A stretch of 64,000 nucleotides of DNA, taken from positions 3,753-67,752 of IMG/VR virus record IMGVR_UViG_3300045988_166360, one strand, 5' to 3'. This document shows positions 9,224 through 18,351 of the stretch, piece by piece (within the stretch, counting starts at the first letter, position 1; every line of letters starts with the position of its first letter). A model generated the notes under the pieces. It saw only the letters and a list, made by a program, of their open reading frames with translations. It was not told the origin of the DNA and did no database searches. Position numbers and translations under genes: made by a program. The stretch is from a virus.

Positions 9224-10402
9224 TCAAATAAAAGAGGGCGGGTTAATAAGGGAAGTATCAATCGCAGGGTATAAAGAGCAAGTGCCGTTAGTAATGAGAT
9301 ACTTTGACCTGTCAGTAAGCAGGACTTCAAGACGTTGATTTACTCCCTGATAATGCTCATGGGCATCTAACCATTCTTTCAATAGACCTTGCAAGTACCT
9401 TTCACTCTTAGCACTGGTCAAAGCTACTTCCACCTTGTCAAGCTCATTCTTAATGTGGCATTCCTGTTCTTTCAGATTTTGCACCAAAACCTCCCGCCCT
9501 ATGTCATCCGTTCGGAAACTAAAGGTACCTCGGCAAGTATAAAAAATATCTGCGGGGAAAGAAATACGTTCAACAACTTCCGCAAATAGCGGGTCTCCTG
9601 TCTTACAAACGTTAATAATAAGAGCCAGCTCATTCACATCTACAAAAGTTTTAATATTATGCAAGGGGTATCTGTCCCGGAGAGCATCAAAAGTAGCAAG
9701 TTCAGAATGAAAGAAATGCTCAACCAAATAAGGGGTAAAGAAATTTCCTGCCAAATCCTTGACCTTATGGCGCAGAACGAGCATAAAAAGCCGGGAAATT
9801 TTTAATGCAATCCAGCGATTGATTAGATAATTTTGAGTGCGTTTGACATCTCGAAGCATGCTTTCAACCGCATCACGACAACCCAGTATCTCGTTAGAAT
9901 TAAGCTTATACAGAAAACGGTCCAACACATATGCACACGCCGTTTCTACCTGCCACATATGATTATCAACATTCTTATGATTATCAACATTGAGAAAAGA
10001 AAACAGGTGTGTATAGAGAGAACTAGCTAAAGTTTTTCCCATACTGATATGAATGCCATAAATGGGCATGAAGCAGGAGGTTGCCAATGCTACACCATTT
10101 CTTCTGCGTATTTGTGCCTCCTTCTCGTCATACTCCCCTTTACAGTCTCCACAACTTGATGTATTGAACAGGAAAGCTTCCCGGACATCACCCGGGTAAG
10201 GATTGTCCAGATACTTCACAGGTTGGAGGCAATCCAAATCCCCGCAAAAATAAATGAGGGAAAGGGCGTTATCCTTGAAGCTTTTTATAAGTTTTACTGT
10301 AGTTATATTTTTCATACTTAAACAACTGTTGAATGTTAATGAATTAACGGTTGTACTTAGGAATAGCGGTGTAATAACTATCTCTTTTATAGTGATAGGC
10401 AT
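9224..10402 (-). CDS. Hypothetical protein (392 aa; Cys-containing)
   Basis: Largest early-block ORF; internal small repeat NVDNHKNVDNH; no catalytic motif recognised. Confidence 0.45.
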   Translation of the reverse strand: MPITIKEIVITPLFLSTTVNSLTFNSCLSMKNITTVKLIKSFKDNALSLIYFCGDLDCLQPVKYLDNPYPGDVREAFLFNTSSCGDCKGEYDEKEAQIRRRNGVALATSCFMPIYGIHISMGKTLASSLYTHLFSFLNVDNHKNVDNHMWQVETACAYVLDRFLYKLNSNEILGCRDAVESMLRDVKRTQNYLINRWIALKISRLFMLVLRHKVKDLAGNFFTPYLVEHFFHSELATFDALRDRYPLHNIKTFVDVNELALIINVCKTGDPLFAEVVERISFPADIFYTCRGTFSFRTDDIGREVLVQNLKEQECHIKNELDKVEVALTSAKSERYLQGLLKEWLDAHEHYQGVNQRLEVLLTDRSKYLITNGTCSLYPAIDTSLINPPSFI

Positions 10403-11165
10403 GAGGTGAAAAAATATCTTGAAGAAGGGAATCCTGTTTAATCATTTCCCGCTTGATTTTAATTGCCGACTGCACAATCTTTCTTAAAAGGCTTTCCTTT
10501 TGTAAATTATGCAGGGATTTAAGCGTTTCCTCAATTTTAGATTCCAGATACTCAACATCTTTTTTAAGCTCAAGGATTATAGATTGCATAGCCTCTCCCT
10601 TGACAATACGGCGGCTTTCAGAATCCACAAGCTCTTTAAAGTCTAACGAAAAAGAAATGGACTCGTTCAAGGAAGAAGAAGCTATTCCAAAAAAGCGCAA
10701 ATACTGCCTATTATACTCGCTAAATTCTACGTAACCTTTAAGCTTGGCTAATACTTCATGTTGTTGCGCCTGTTTTAAAGCTTCCTCCAAACAAACTTTA
10801 ATCATTTTGTCCAGCTTAACATTGTACACTTTCCCTTCAAAAAAAGGAAGATTAGCAATAACTCGCTGAATAAAATCTACGGATGTAACGGCACAATAAT
10901 AATAAACTAGCAAGTTTTGTCTTGAGTAAATTATATCATTCCAAAAATTTCTCAAACAACTCCCTAATTCAGCCCATTCTTGAGCTCTAAACCCGTCAAC
11001 AGGCTCTTCGTTAAACATGCACCATATTTCTTCCCTGACTTTGGAACGAGCGGCTTCACTTTTAGCAATATAATTTACTACTTCGGTATTCTTAGCGTAT
11101 TTCATATTCATATTTATTCTTTTTCTATTGTTTATTATTTCTTCTATGTTAATATTTTTATTCAA
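10344..11165 (-). CDS. Hypothetical protein (<=273 aa; likely starts at MNMKY near 11111)
   Basis: ORF overlapping neighbour by 59 nt; coiled-coil-like C-terminal half. Confidence 0.45.
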   Translation of the reverse strand: MNKNINIEEIINNRKRINMNMKYAKNTEVVNYIAKSEAARSKVREEIWCMFNEEPVDGFRAQEWAELGSCLRNFWNDIIYSRQNLLVYYYCAVTSVDFIQRVIANLPFFEGKVYNVKLDKMIKVCLEEALKQAQQHEVLAKLKGYVEFSEYNRQYLRFFGIASSSLNESISFSLDFKELVDSESRRIVKGEAMQSIILELKKDVEYLESKIEETLKSLHNLQKESLLRKIVQSAIKIKREMIKQDSLLQDIFSPHAYHYKRDSYYTAIPKYNR

Positions 11166-11406
11166 CAGGGGAATGAATTTCCATTTCTTCTAAATAGTCT
11201 TCTTTATCTGGCACGAAAACTTCACCCCATTGAATATGTAAAGCTTCTTCGTCTTCGGTAAAGATTAAACTACCAGACATCCCACAACACGGGCATGTTT
11301 CAGCAGTAACAGGCACTAACCCCCTCCATTCACAATTTAAACAAGTTACCGCATCCCCGTTTCCGGTAAAAATGCGCCCTAAGTTCAACATTTTTTCTTT
11401 GTTCAT
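11158..11406 (-). CDS. Zinc-ribbon protein (82 aa)
   Basis: CLNCEW...CPCCG four-Cys motif. Confidence 0.45.
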   Translation of the reverse strand: MNKEKMLNLGRIFTGNGDAVTCLNCEWRGLVPVTAETCPCCGMSGSLIFTEDEEALHIQWGEVFVPDKEDYLEEMEIHSPVE

Positions 11407-11432
11407 ATATATATATTATAATTAGTTTATAT

Positions 11433-11729
11433 TCAGGCGGGATTCATTCCTGCATCTTCCAGTATCAGGCAAAGGGGGTCAGACAGGTGCACACGAGAAA
11501 CTACCCACTTATCTTTGTTGTGAAGATATTCCTCCGTCCTCATCCTTTTATAATGTGCATTTTGAAGCACTCCCTTCTGTTTAGCCAATACCAAAATCGC
11601 AGAATCAAATTCTGATGCAAATTTCGCAAGCTCTATCAATTCAGAATCCGCATCTTGTGACAATTGCAGAACATAAGGTTCTACCTGTTTGACTTTCCGA
11701 GCAAGTTGATTAAGGGTCATTTTGTACAT
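11433..11729 (-). CDS. Hypothetical protein (98 aa)
   Basis: ORF only. Confidence 0.4.
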   Translation of the reverse strand: MYKMTLNQLARKVKQVEPYVLQLSQDADSELIELAKFASEFDSAILVLAKQKGVLQNAHYKRMRTEEYLHNKDKWVVSRVHLSDPLCLILEDAGMNPA

Positions 11730-11738
11730 AGTTAATAT

Positions 11739-11978
11739 TTAATCAAAAATAACAGAAATGCCAATGTCACCAACTACAATATTAGCATCATATGAGGCTA
11801 CGGCTTCCCGGACTACGGGCAAAATTACATCTACCACTGATGTGAAAATATTTAAAATGCAGACATTGCAAGAGCGGAAACTTTTACCCTCAATGCTACG
11901 TATAAGTGGGTGCAAGTTTTGCTCATGTGCCGCTTTCCATATATTATCTGCTATAATAGCCATATTATTTTCTCTCAT
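11739..11978 (-). CDS. Hypothetical protein (79 aa)
   Basis: ORF 70 nt downstream of early promoter-like motif 12052-12087. Confidence 0.4.
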   Translation of the reverse strand: MRENNMAIIADNIWKAAHEQNLHPLIRSIEGKSFRSCNVCILNIFTSVVDVILPVVREAVASYDANIVVGDIGISVIFD

Positions 11979-12051
11979 AAGTATATTTCTTTCTATTAGT
12001 TTTTTGTTATTTATCCCTTGTGGGTTGTCTTCAACTTAGCAGATTTTGCTA

Positions 12052-12087
12052 CCTTGTCAAATTATTTTTTAGATTGTATGACAAAAA
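12052..12087 (-). promoter_or_regulatory. Early promoter-like motif (minus strand: TTTTTGTCATACaatctaaaaaaTAATTTGACAAGG)
   Basis: One of 5 near-identical copies; fits Bacteroidota-type TTTG(-33)/TAnnTTTG(-7) spacing; located upstream of minus-strand gene start 11978. Confidence 0.4.
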
Positions 12088-12097
12088 CGGGGAACTT

Positions 12098-12676
12098 TTA
12101 TACTGAAACAACTTCACAACCTATAATTACCACTCGGCAAAAGTCCTGACAGTCTCCCTTAATTTCACGGATTGTAGAAAGAAGATGAATAAAATCGTCC
12201 GGTTTCTTGAACTTGACAAGTTGAGGGAAAAGAGTAGTACCCAGATTTACCGCTCCAAAGTTGGATTGAAGATGTGCCCTAATACAACGCCGAAGCTCTT
12301 TATTCTTAATTGAACCTGTCATGACAATGGCATTTTTTCCCACATAGGAAGCCGACAAGTCTTCAAAAGAAGGGGAAACTCCTGCAAAGGCCCGCCGTGC
12401 AATGTTGCTCATGTTTTCCCATAAAGGGCGGCGACAATATACTAATCTGGTTCCCCGTCTTGAAGCTATTTCATTCCACCATTTACGGGAATTTATAATA
12501 TCTAGAGGCATTTCCCAGTTTTCAACCTCCTGCAAATTATTGAGCCGGAAAGAAATAGATTCCATGGATACCGGGGCGGCAAATTTAACGTTGCCCTGCT
12601 GGTCAACTACAATCATATAAAATTGCCCCGTTTTAGATTCATAAACAAGAGCGTGTAATTTGTCAATCATATTCAT
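12098..12676 (-). CDS. Hypothetical protein (192 aa)
   Basis: ORF; possible Rossmann-like segment (GKNAIVMTGS) but no confident family. Confidence 0.45.
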   Translation of the reverse strand: MNMIDKLHALVYESKTGQFYMIVVDQQGNVKFAAPVSMESISFRLNNLQEVENWEMPLDIINSRKWWNEIASRRGTRLVYCRRPLWENMSNIARRAFAGVSPSFEDLSASYVGKNAIVMTGSIKNKELRRCIRAHLQSNFGAVNLGTTLFPQLVKFKKPDDFIHLLSTIREIKGDCQDFCRVVIIGCEVVSV

Positions 12677-12712
12677 ATTTTATTTTCTAGTGATTTTTAA
12701 GGTTATATTCTT

Positions 12713-13087
12713 CTAAATATTTTTATTACTCAAAATTATCTGAATTAAAAAAGAAGCCTGACGCAAAGCCCTAGCTTGAACGTTTAGCCAAGATTCATTT
12801 CTGTTCGGAGGTTTGATGCCGCCTTTAGTTTTCTTAAGTTCCGAAAGAGTACACAAACGGTTAGCTATATCTGTATCATAAATTAAAGAGCACCCACTAA
12901 AAGAATAATGCTTCCAACTATCCGCACCATTTAACAAATATCTTTTTAGGCAGTTTAATTCTATAACTTTGCCGTCTTCAATATTTTCCGCTAACTCTTT
13001 AGCGTATAAAGTCACACCTTTCCCCCATGTGCTACGCGGGCACATAGCTTCCAACTCTTCCAATACTTTTTTTTGATTGTATATCAT
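12713..13087 (-). CDS. Hypothetical protein (124 aa)
   Basis: ORF only. Confidence 0.4.
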   Translation of the reverse strand: MIYNQKKVLEELEAMCPRSTWGKGVTLYAKELAENIEDGKVIELNCLKRYLLNGADSWKHYSFSGCSLIYDTDIANRLCTLSELKKTKGGIKPPNRNESWLNVQARALRQASFLIQIILSNKNI

Positions 13088-13108
13088 ATCTATATTATAT
13101 TTATTGAT

Positions 13109-13570
13109 TTACTTAATAAGACGCAAAGAAATTACTCTTACTTTTATAGGATTGCTTTCCCTCAACCATTCCTCCCTTTCTGATAGAATATAATTCTGTT
13201 TATGATTTTTAAATATCTTATTTACCGCTGAAAGTTGCCATTCCCTACGGGTGTAGCGTGATTCTATCGGAAAAACTACTTCCAACCTAAATTCCGACAA
13301 CTTACGAACCAATAAAACCTGCGATAATTTCTTTAATTCCTCCTTTATATTATCCGCAACTGTCTTTGAAGTTTTACCGGAAAAAATTTCCAACAAATCA
13401 GAAGCCGCCGCATAAAGTTCTTCACCGTCATCCCACACTTGACTAGCGGTTTGCCAGTGGCAAACATAACAACCCGCTTCATAATACATGCCAAGACCGG
13501 GTTCCGGCTCATAATCCATTACTTCTAAAAACCCGCCACAAAAAGGGCATTTTAAATCTGTAACTTCCAT
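13109..13570 (-). CDS. Zinc-ribbon-containing hypothetical protein (153 aa)
   Basis: CPFCGG...CYVCH motif at N-terminus. Confidence 0.45.
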   Translation of the reverse strand: MEVTDLKCPFCGGFLEVMDYEPEPGLGMYYEAGCYVCHWQTASQVWDDGEELYAAASDLLEIFSGKTSKTVADNIKEELKKLSQVLLVRKLSEFRLEVVFPIESRYTRREWQLSAVNKIFKNHKQNYILSEREEWLRESNPIKVRVISLRLIK

Positions 13571-13612
13571 AATTTTATAAATAGCTTTAATTTATTAGTC
13601 ACTTCTGATTAG

Positions 13613-13900
13613 TCACTTCTTTTGGCTCCCAGTTGTCCGGTATCTTGTCTTCAAAAACCCCGCACGTTTTGCAAAGTAGGCTATTTCAGCTTGTGGACTA
13701 GTTGAAGTACGGGAAAAACGTTTATAAGTTAAATACAACCGAGAAGACAAAGAATGAATTACTCCTATTGCGGTACCGTGAAGATATAAAACAGGGCCTT
13801 CACTACGCAAGGGAGACTTGCCCGTAATTTTAACGCATGCTAAATAATCCGGCACTAGCTTTTCAATATATTTTCTCATAATTAGGTCTTTTCTATTCAA
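13613..13900 (-). CDS. Hypothetical protein (95 aa)
   Basis: ORF downstream of promoter-like motif 13952-13987. Confidence 0.4.
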   Translation of the reverse strand: MNRKDLIMRKYIEKLVPDYLACVKITGKSPLRSEGPVLYLHGTAIGVIHSLSSRLYLTYKRFSRTSTSPQAEIAYFAKRAGFLKTRYRTTGSQKK

Positions 13901-13951
13901 TTTGTTATCTCTTTCCTATATAGGATATTTTCAAACTATCAAATTTTACTG

Positions 13952-13987
13952 CCTTGTCAAATTATTTTTCAAAGAGTATGACAAAAT
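13952..13987 (-). promoter_or_regulatory. Early promoter-like motif copy 2 (TTTTGTCATACtctttgaaaaaTAATTTGACAAGG)
   Basis: Near-identical to 12052-12087; 52 nt upstream of minus-strand start 13900. Confidence 0.4.
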
Positions 13988-14028
13988 CACAACTTATTTA
14001 TATAGAGCAACTTACAAAATCTAACAAT

Positions 14029-14580
14029 TTACAGATAGTCCACGCGGGAAAGGTATTTACTCCAATTCAGATTTTCCGGCTCTACCTCCTGACCTTTCAC
14101 TTGTTGGAACGTCATATAAAGTACAACTCGATTTCCTTTAATATCAAATCCAAGAGCACACCATTCATCTATGTATTCATCCCCGTCTTTTGCGTCTAAA
14201 ATGCAACCGTCAAATACCCTGTCAGAAGGGTGCATGTGCTCAGAAGCACAAAATACTTTACCTTCATACACAAACCCCCCGAACTTCTTTCGTAAGTCAT
14301 TGAAATTCACGGATGAGGCCCCATATACAAAATGATTGTCATTATCCGCTACCACTTCCACTACATAGAGAGGGGAACCGAGAGCCTTGCCAAGCATGGC
14401 CTCCATGTACTCCACGGAAGAACGGGAGGGGATATAGACTAGCCACGCAGTGCCCCGCGGCCAGCAAATAAATTCACGGGTTAGGGCCCTTTGTGCACGC
14501 TTTTTAGCATTGCGCCCGTCCGCACCCTCGCTATTGAGATAACTCCAAAATACAACAACAATTTTTGCTTGCTTGTCCAT
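14029..14580 (-). CDS. Hypothetical protein (183 aa)
   Basis: ORF immediately downstream (minus sense) of direct repeat copy 1. Confidence 0.45.
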   Translation of the reverse strand: MDKQAKIVVVFWSYLNSEGADGRNAKKRAQRALTREFICWPRGTAWLVYIPSRSSVEYMEAMLGKALGSPLYVVEVVADNDNHFVYGASSVNFNDLRKKFGGFVYEGKVFCASEHMHPSDRVFDGCILDAKDGDEYIDEWCALGFDIKGNRVVLYMTFQQVKGQEVEPENLNWSKYLSRVDYL

Positions 14581-14671
14581 AACTTATTTTTCTGATTTGT
14601 TATTTTTTATATAGCGGCGGGGGAACCTTTCCCCGTTCGCATGACTTCACTTTATCGCATTTTTTCAGCAC

Positions 14672-14703
14672 GTCAACTATTTTTTTTATTTTGTATGACA
14701 AAG
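14672..14703 (-). promoter_or_regulatory. Early promoter-like motif copy 3 (inside direct repeat 1)
   Basis: Minus strand CTTTGTCATACaaaataaaaaaaaTAGTTGAC; would drive 14029..14580. Confidence 0.35.
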
Positions 14704-14869
14704 CTATAACCCCTTTATTTAGAGCTCTTTAGGTAGTCTAACATATGGAGGTCAAAAGCTGATTGCCGTTCCCGCCCCATACCTTCCCGCTTACGATATG
14801 AAGCGAGAAAATGACAGGGGGAGAAAAGAAAATTCCTACCTAAATAGTAGGAATTAGGAAGAAAAGAAT

Positions 14870-14891
14870 GGGCCGCCGAAACGGGCGGCCC
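14870..14891 (-). terminator. Hairpin GGGCCGCC-gaaacg-GGCGGCCC with U-rich tail on minus strand
   Basis: Perfect 8-bp stem directly downstream of minus-strand gene ending 14907; minus-strand 3' flank ATTCTTTTCTTCC. Confidence 0.5.
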
Positions 14892-14906
14892 CAGTGAAGA
14901 GTTGAA

Positions 14907-15455
14907 CTATTCAATCAACCTCTTCACGCGCGCTTCCGCGTCCTCATAAGACGGACTCATGAACCGCCCGCCCTGATAAGTATCTAATGCACTCTTACTT
15001 AAATAGTTGATGTGTACATAAAAGCTCAAATAGGGCCGCCCGTGCCGTGCGTAGTTCCACCGTTCAGGGGCAAGTGACTCGTCCCAGGGCCTATCAGCAA
15101 CGCGGCGAAAACCCGCCCTAACGTAGAGGTCATTGAGTTTTTCAGTATCCAAGCACATCAGCCACGCCGCGCCGTGCGCTACCGCGTCACAGACTAGCCA
15201 GCCACCGAGTACAATGCTTTTTGGACTCTTGATAAGCGTAACTAGCTCTAACTCTTCCGTGACTGCGTACACTGCCACGGGCTCGGCGGGGGTGCCGATA
15301 AGGTGGCATTGAGCTTTTTTACGTGCGTACCAGTCACGAGACTGGATATCTACCGCGCCGCGCGTGCCTTCATCAATGAGGCTACGCAGTTTTTCGGCGG
15401 CGGTCAGCCACTCGTCAATATTTTCCGTTCCGGCGTTGTATTGGTATCTCTTCAT
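14907..15455 (-). CDS. GNAT-family N-acetyltransferase-like protein (182 aa)
   Basis: Motif LNDLYVRAGFRRV matches GNAT motif B (N..A..Y...GF) with upstream HGAAWL acetyl-CoA-pocket-like segment; gene bracketed by 313-bp direct repeats. Confidence 0.45.
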   Translation of the reverse strand: MKRYQYNAGTENIDEWLTAAEKLRSLIDEGTRGAVDIQSRDWYARKKAQCHLIGTPAEPVAVYAVTEELELVTLIKSPKSIVLGGWLVCDAVAHGAAWLMCLDTEKLNDLYVRAGFRRVADRPWDESLAPERWNYARHGRPYLSFYVHINYLSKSALDTYQGGRFMSPSYEDAEARVKRLIE

Positions 15456-15540
15456 TTTTTCTGATTTGTTATTTTTTATATAGCGGCGGGGGAACCTTTC
15501 CCCGTTCGCATGACTTCACTTTATCGCATTTTTTCAGCAC

Positions 15541-15572
15541 GTCAACTATTTTTTTTATTTTGTATGACAAAG
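15541..15572 (-). promoter_or_regulatory. Early promoter-like motif copy 4 (inside direct repeat 2)
   Basis: Identical to copy 3; would drive GNAT gene 14907..15455. Confidence 0.35.
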
Positions 15573-15741
15573 CTATAACCCCTTTATTTAGAGCTCTTTA
15601 GGTAGTCTAACATATGGAGGTCAAAAGCTGATTGCCGTTCCCGCCCCATACCTTCCCGCTTACGATATGAAGCGAGAAAATGACAGGGGGGGGAGAAAAG
15701 AAAATTCCTACCTAAATAGTAGGAATCAGGAAGAAAAGAAT

Positions 15742-15763
15742 GGGCCGCCCGTTTCGGCGGCCC
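15742..15763 (-). terminator. Hairpin GGGCCGCC-cgtttc-GGCGGCCC (loop is reverse complement of copy-1 loop)
   Basis: Directly downstream of minus-strand gene ending 15771. Confidence 0.5.
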
Positions 15764-15770
15764 CGGTGAA

Positions 15771-16199
15771 TTAAAGAATGCCCTGAAAAACCCGGTAGAT
15801 TTTACCGCTTCCCGGCATGGTGCGGGGGTCATGCAGTGCGTAGGGGGTTAGTCCAAAAGGGCACCATGCGAGAAACTCACTGATTTCCAAGGATTTCAGG
15901 CAATCAACGGCATTGACGGCGGGGGAATCCGTAACTACGATTAAATCACGCGCGCCCGCGCGGATAAGTTGGAAATTTTCATAAGTTTTTGAGTATCCGG
16001 GGGTTTGATACGCCGCCATTAACACTATCGCTTTATCAATTTCCGCGGGGGTCAGCTGATAAGATTTGACGCGGACTTCTGCGAGGCCCCATGATTCAAC
16101 GGTCAACGTCCAAACCGTTTGATTGTCAATGCGTTCCCGTTCAACCTTCCAATTCAAATGCAGGTCTTCAATGTGCCCTTTCGTATGTACTGTCTTCAT
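15771..16199 (-). CDS. Hypothetical protein (142 aa); last gene of minus-strand block
   Basis: ORF; beyond it (16200-19020) no convincing coding sequence. Confidence 0.45.
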   Translation of the reverse strand: MKTVHTKGHIEDLHLNWKVERERIDNQTVWTLTVESWGLAEVRVKSYQLTPAEIDKAIVLMAAYQTPGYSKTYENFQLIRAGARDLIVVTDSPAVNAVDCLKSLEISEFLAWCPFGLTPYALHDPRTMPGSGKIYRVFQGIL

Positions 16200-16390
16200 T
16201 TTTAATGATTTCTATTGTTTTATTTCCCCCGGATTCCGGGGAACAGGGTCATCATATCAGGGGCGGGGGCCTTGTCAACCCACGGTTTCCGCGGTATCCG
16301 TTGATTCCGCGGTATCCGTTGATTCTTAGGTAGTTGTGATTGTGTCATACAAGATTTTCCGGGTTCCGTGGGCACAGGGGATTCCGTGGC

Positions 16391-16444
16391 TTCCGGGGGT
16401 TCCGGGGGTTCCGGGGGTTCCGGGGGTTCCGGGGGTTCCGGGGG
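16391..16444. repeat. 9-bp tandem repeat ttccggggg x6 (non-coding)
   Basis: Read directly; adjacent to copy of GC-rich mini-element (16357-16399). Confidence 0.85.
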
Positions 16445-16529
16445 TCAACTTTTATACACCATACCTATACCCCTATGGGTATAAGAGTACAATATATAGG
16501 GCCCCCCCCCCTCAAACTGGTCAAATATT

Positions 16530-16629
16530 TGACTATTTCGAAATCGAAACAATTAAGAAAGGGTAACTGTTTCCTTTCTTAAATAGTTAAAGAACATTGA
16601 CTATTTCGAAATCGAAACAATTAAGAAAT
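16530..16629. repeat. Two copies of 32-bp element ttgactatttcgaaatcgaaacaattaagaaa (16530-16561, 16598-16629)
   Basis: Exact direct repeat separated by 36 bp; contains TTCGAA palindromes; candidate protein-binding sites. Confidence 0.8.
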
Positions 16630-17051
16630 CTTAACTAATCGGCTCAATTTTGCATTATATGTATTATGCGAAGTATGGAAGGGAAAAGCTTTAAGAATCA
16701 ACAGGTTACGCTAAACAGGGTGCCAATAGGAAACAAACTGGGAAAAGGGGCGGCTGAATGTTAGAGCACCCGCGGAACCCACTGTTCCCCATACACTTAG
16801 GAAGAAACGGGCACCAAGAAATCAACGGAATCAGGGAATCAAAAGGACATTATGGAGACCGTCCGGGTTAGAGTTACTCGAACCTGACTTCTGGGAAAAT
16901 CTGGAACTTTTTGAAAAATTTTTCAACCAAAAAAGACCAAATACCACCACGGTTTCCAGGGCTCCGGGGAAGCAAAGTGGCCATTGTAAAAGATTAACTC
17001 AAATTTTTTCGGGGAAGACACGGGGCTAAATACCCCTTCTGGGCACAGAGG

Positions 17052-17646
17052 CTGTCAAGAAAAATCGACACGCGGCGGGCTCGGGAGACAAACAGAGGTG
17101 AGGACTAAACAGTGAAGATAACGTAGGTGTTCTTAAACAACCTGCGGACTAAAAACAGTCATGAAAGTATACAAAGTTCTAATCAGTTCTACCTGGTTCT
17201 ACTGGGTTCTAATGCAACGAACCCCTGCTGAAACCCAAAGGGTTAAGAGGATTCAGGGTTAGAGTTACTCGAAGGTTCAGAAATAAAATCAAGTTACCGT
17301 CACAGTGACGATAAACTCCCTTCTGACTGACGACAACGTTTACAAACAGGAGGTCTGTCAAGAAAAATCGACACGCGGCCTGGCTTCATTTTCATCCACT
17401 TCATGCTTGACAGAAGAGAAATTTCTGCTATAAAAGCCTTCGGTTCTCGAAGAGGTCTGCCGGGGCTCACTCCCCCAACTGTAGACCCGCCCTTTACTCA
17501 GGTAGCCGCAACAGACAATGACGAGTAAAACTGTTGGCCGGGCAGACCTGGTGTCGGGTTCGAGAACCAAACTTCCATTGGATACCCCGGAGGTCGCGGC
17601 AACGGCTTCCGGGGTTTTTTGTTGTCAAGAAAAATCGACACGCGGC
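17052..17646. repeat. Three copies of 25-bp element (c/t)TGTCAAGAAAAATCGACACGCGGC at 17052-17076, 17355-17379, 17622-17646
   Basis: Exact 24/25 matches, spaced 303 and 267 bp; second family gggttagagttactcgaa at 16865-16882 and 17256-17273. Confidence 0.85.
17585..17620 (+). terminator. Intrinsic terminator CCCCGGAGG..CTTCCGGGG + TTTTTT
   Basis: 9-bp stem (one G-U), 12-nt loop, U6 tail; in non-coding region, implies a plus-strand transcript ending here. Confidence 0.55.
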
Positions 17647-18351
17647 AGAAACAAAAATCCGGGAGAGATTCCCGTAATGGCAAACCTCTCCCGGACAGAG
17701 TGACGAATAGTGAATAGTGAAGCGAATAGAAAGGAGGTGCTCATGCAAAGAATCTTAACCAGAGCGGTTTCTGAATCCACGTCGCGTAGTGGCTTCAACA
17801 GGGGTTTTGCACAGGCAACGGCACCACCTTATCAGTCATTGAGTTTGTTGTCAAGGATATTGATTCCCGACCTGAGTTCTATAAAGAATCCCTTTTCCCG
17901 CAATGTTACCCTACCGTAACCGCGTTAATTGGGAAAAACGGGTTCGTGGTTCTGGGAGAAAAAACCACGCCGTTTTAATTAGGAGTAACTCTGTGAAAAT
18001 AAAATTTAGGAATTTACAATGTTACCCAACCTTTCCACGCCTTTCCTATTTCGTCTCCTTAGTTTGTCCGTCTCCCATCTTCAAAGCGGTTTTAGATAGG
18101 GGTAACATTGCAAGAACAGGAACAAATGGAAACATACACAATACAGAAATCATCACATAAAGGAGAAACCCAAACAGAAAGTTGACAAGAGAAGGCAAGG
18201 AGGAACCCAAAAAACTTGACTCAGAAAAAAGGTCATGATAACATCACTCAGGTTCTGTTCCTTAAAAGAGTATCAGACGAAAAAGGTTAAAATGTGTTCT
18301 GAGTCTTGTCAGGACAGGCCCATAATCGCGTTCATGGTTTCTGATTAGAGT

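Larger units (their letters stand above)
14587..14899. repeat. Direct repeat copy 1 (~313 bp) carrying promoter-like motif and terminator hairpin
   Basis: Near-identical to 15456-15770 (differences: G5 vs G8 homopolymer at 14817-14821/15686-15693, one SNP, inverted hairpin loop). Confidence 0.85.
15456..15770. repeat. Direct repeat copy 2 (~315 bp)
   Basis: See 14587-14899. Confidence 0.85.

Noticed and set aside
9950-10000. Small direct repeat atgattatcaacatt x2 (NVDNHKNVDNH) in 9224..10402
   Set aside because: Only two 15-bp units, with no similarity to the CCACGG-family arrays. Probably an incidental local duplication.
16336-16582. Collagen-like / GFR-repeat ORFs (16336..16566, 16340..16582)
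   Set aside because: The periodicity comes from the 9-bp array ttccggggg, which gives repeats in every frame. There is no start context, it lies in a repeat-dense intergenic region, and the composition outside the array is non-protein-like.
17052-17646. Possible CRISPR-like array (three identical 25-bp repeats)
   Set aside because: Spacing is ~270-300 bp, not 25-45 bp. There are only three copies, no dyad-symmetric repeat typical of CRISPR, and no cas genes in the window.
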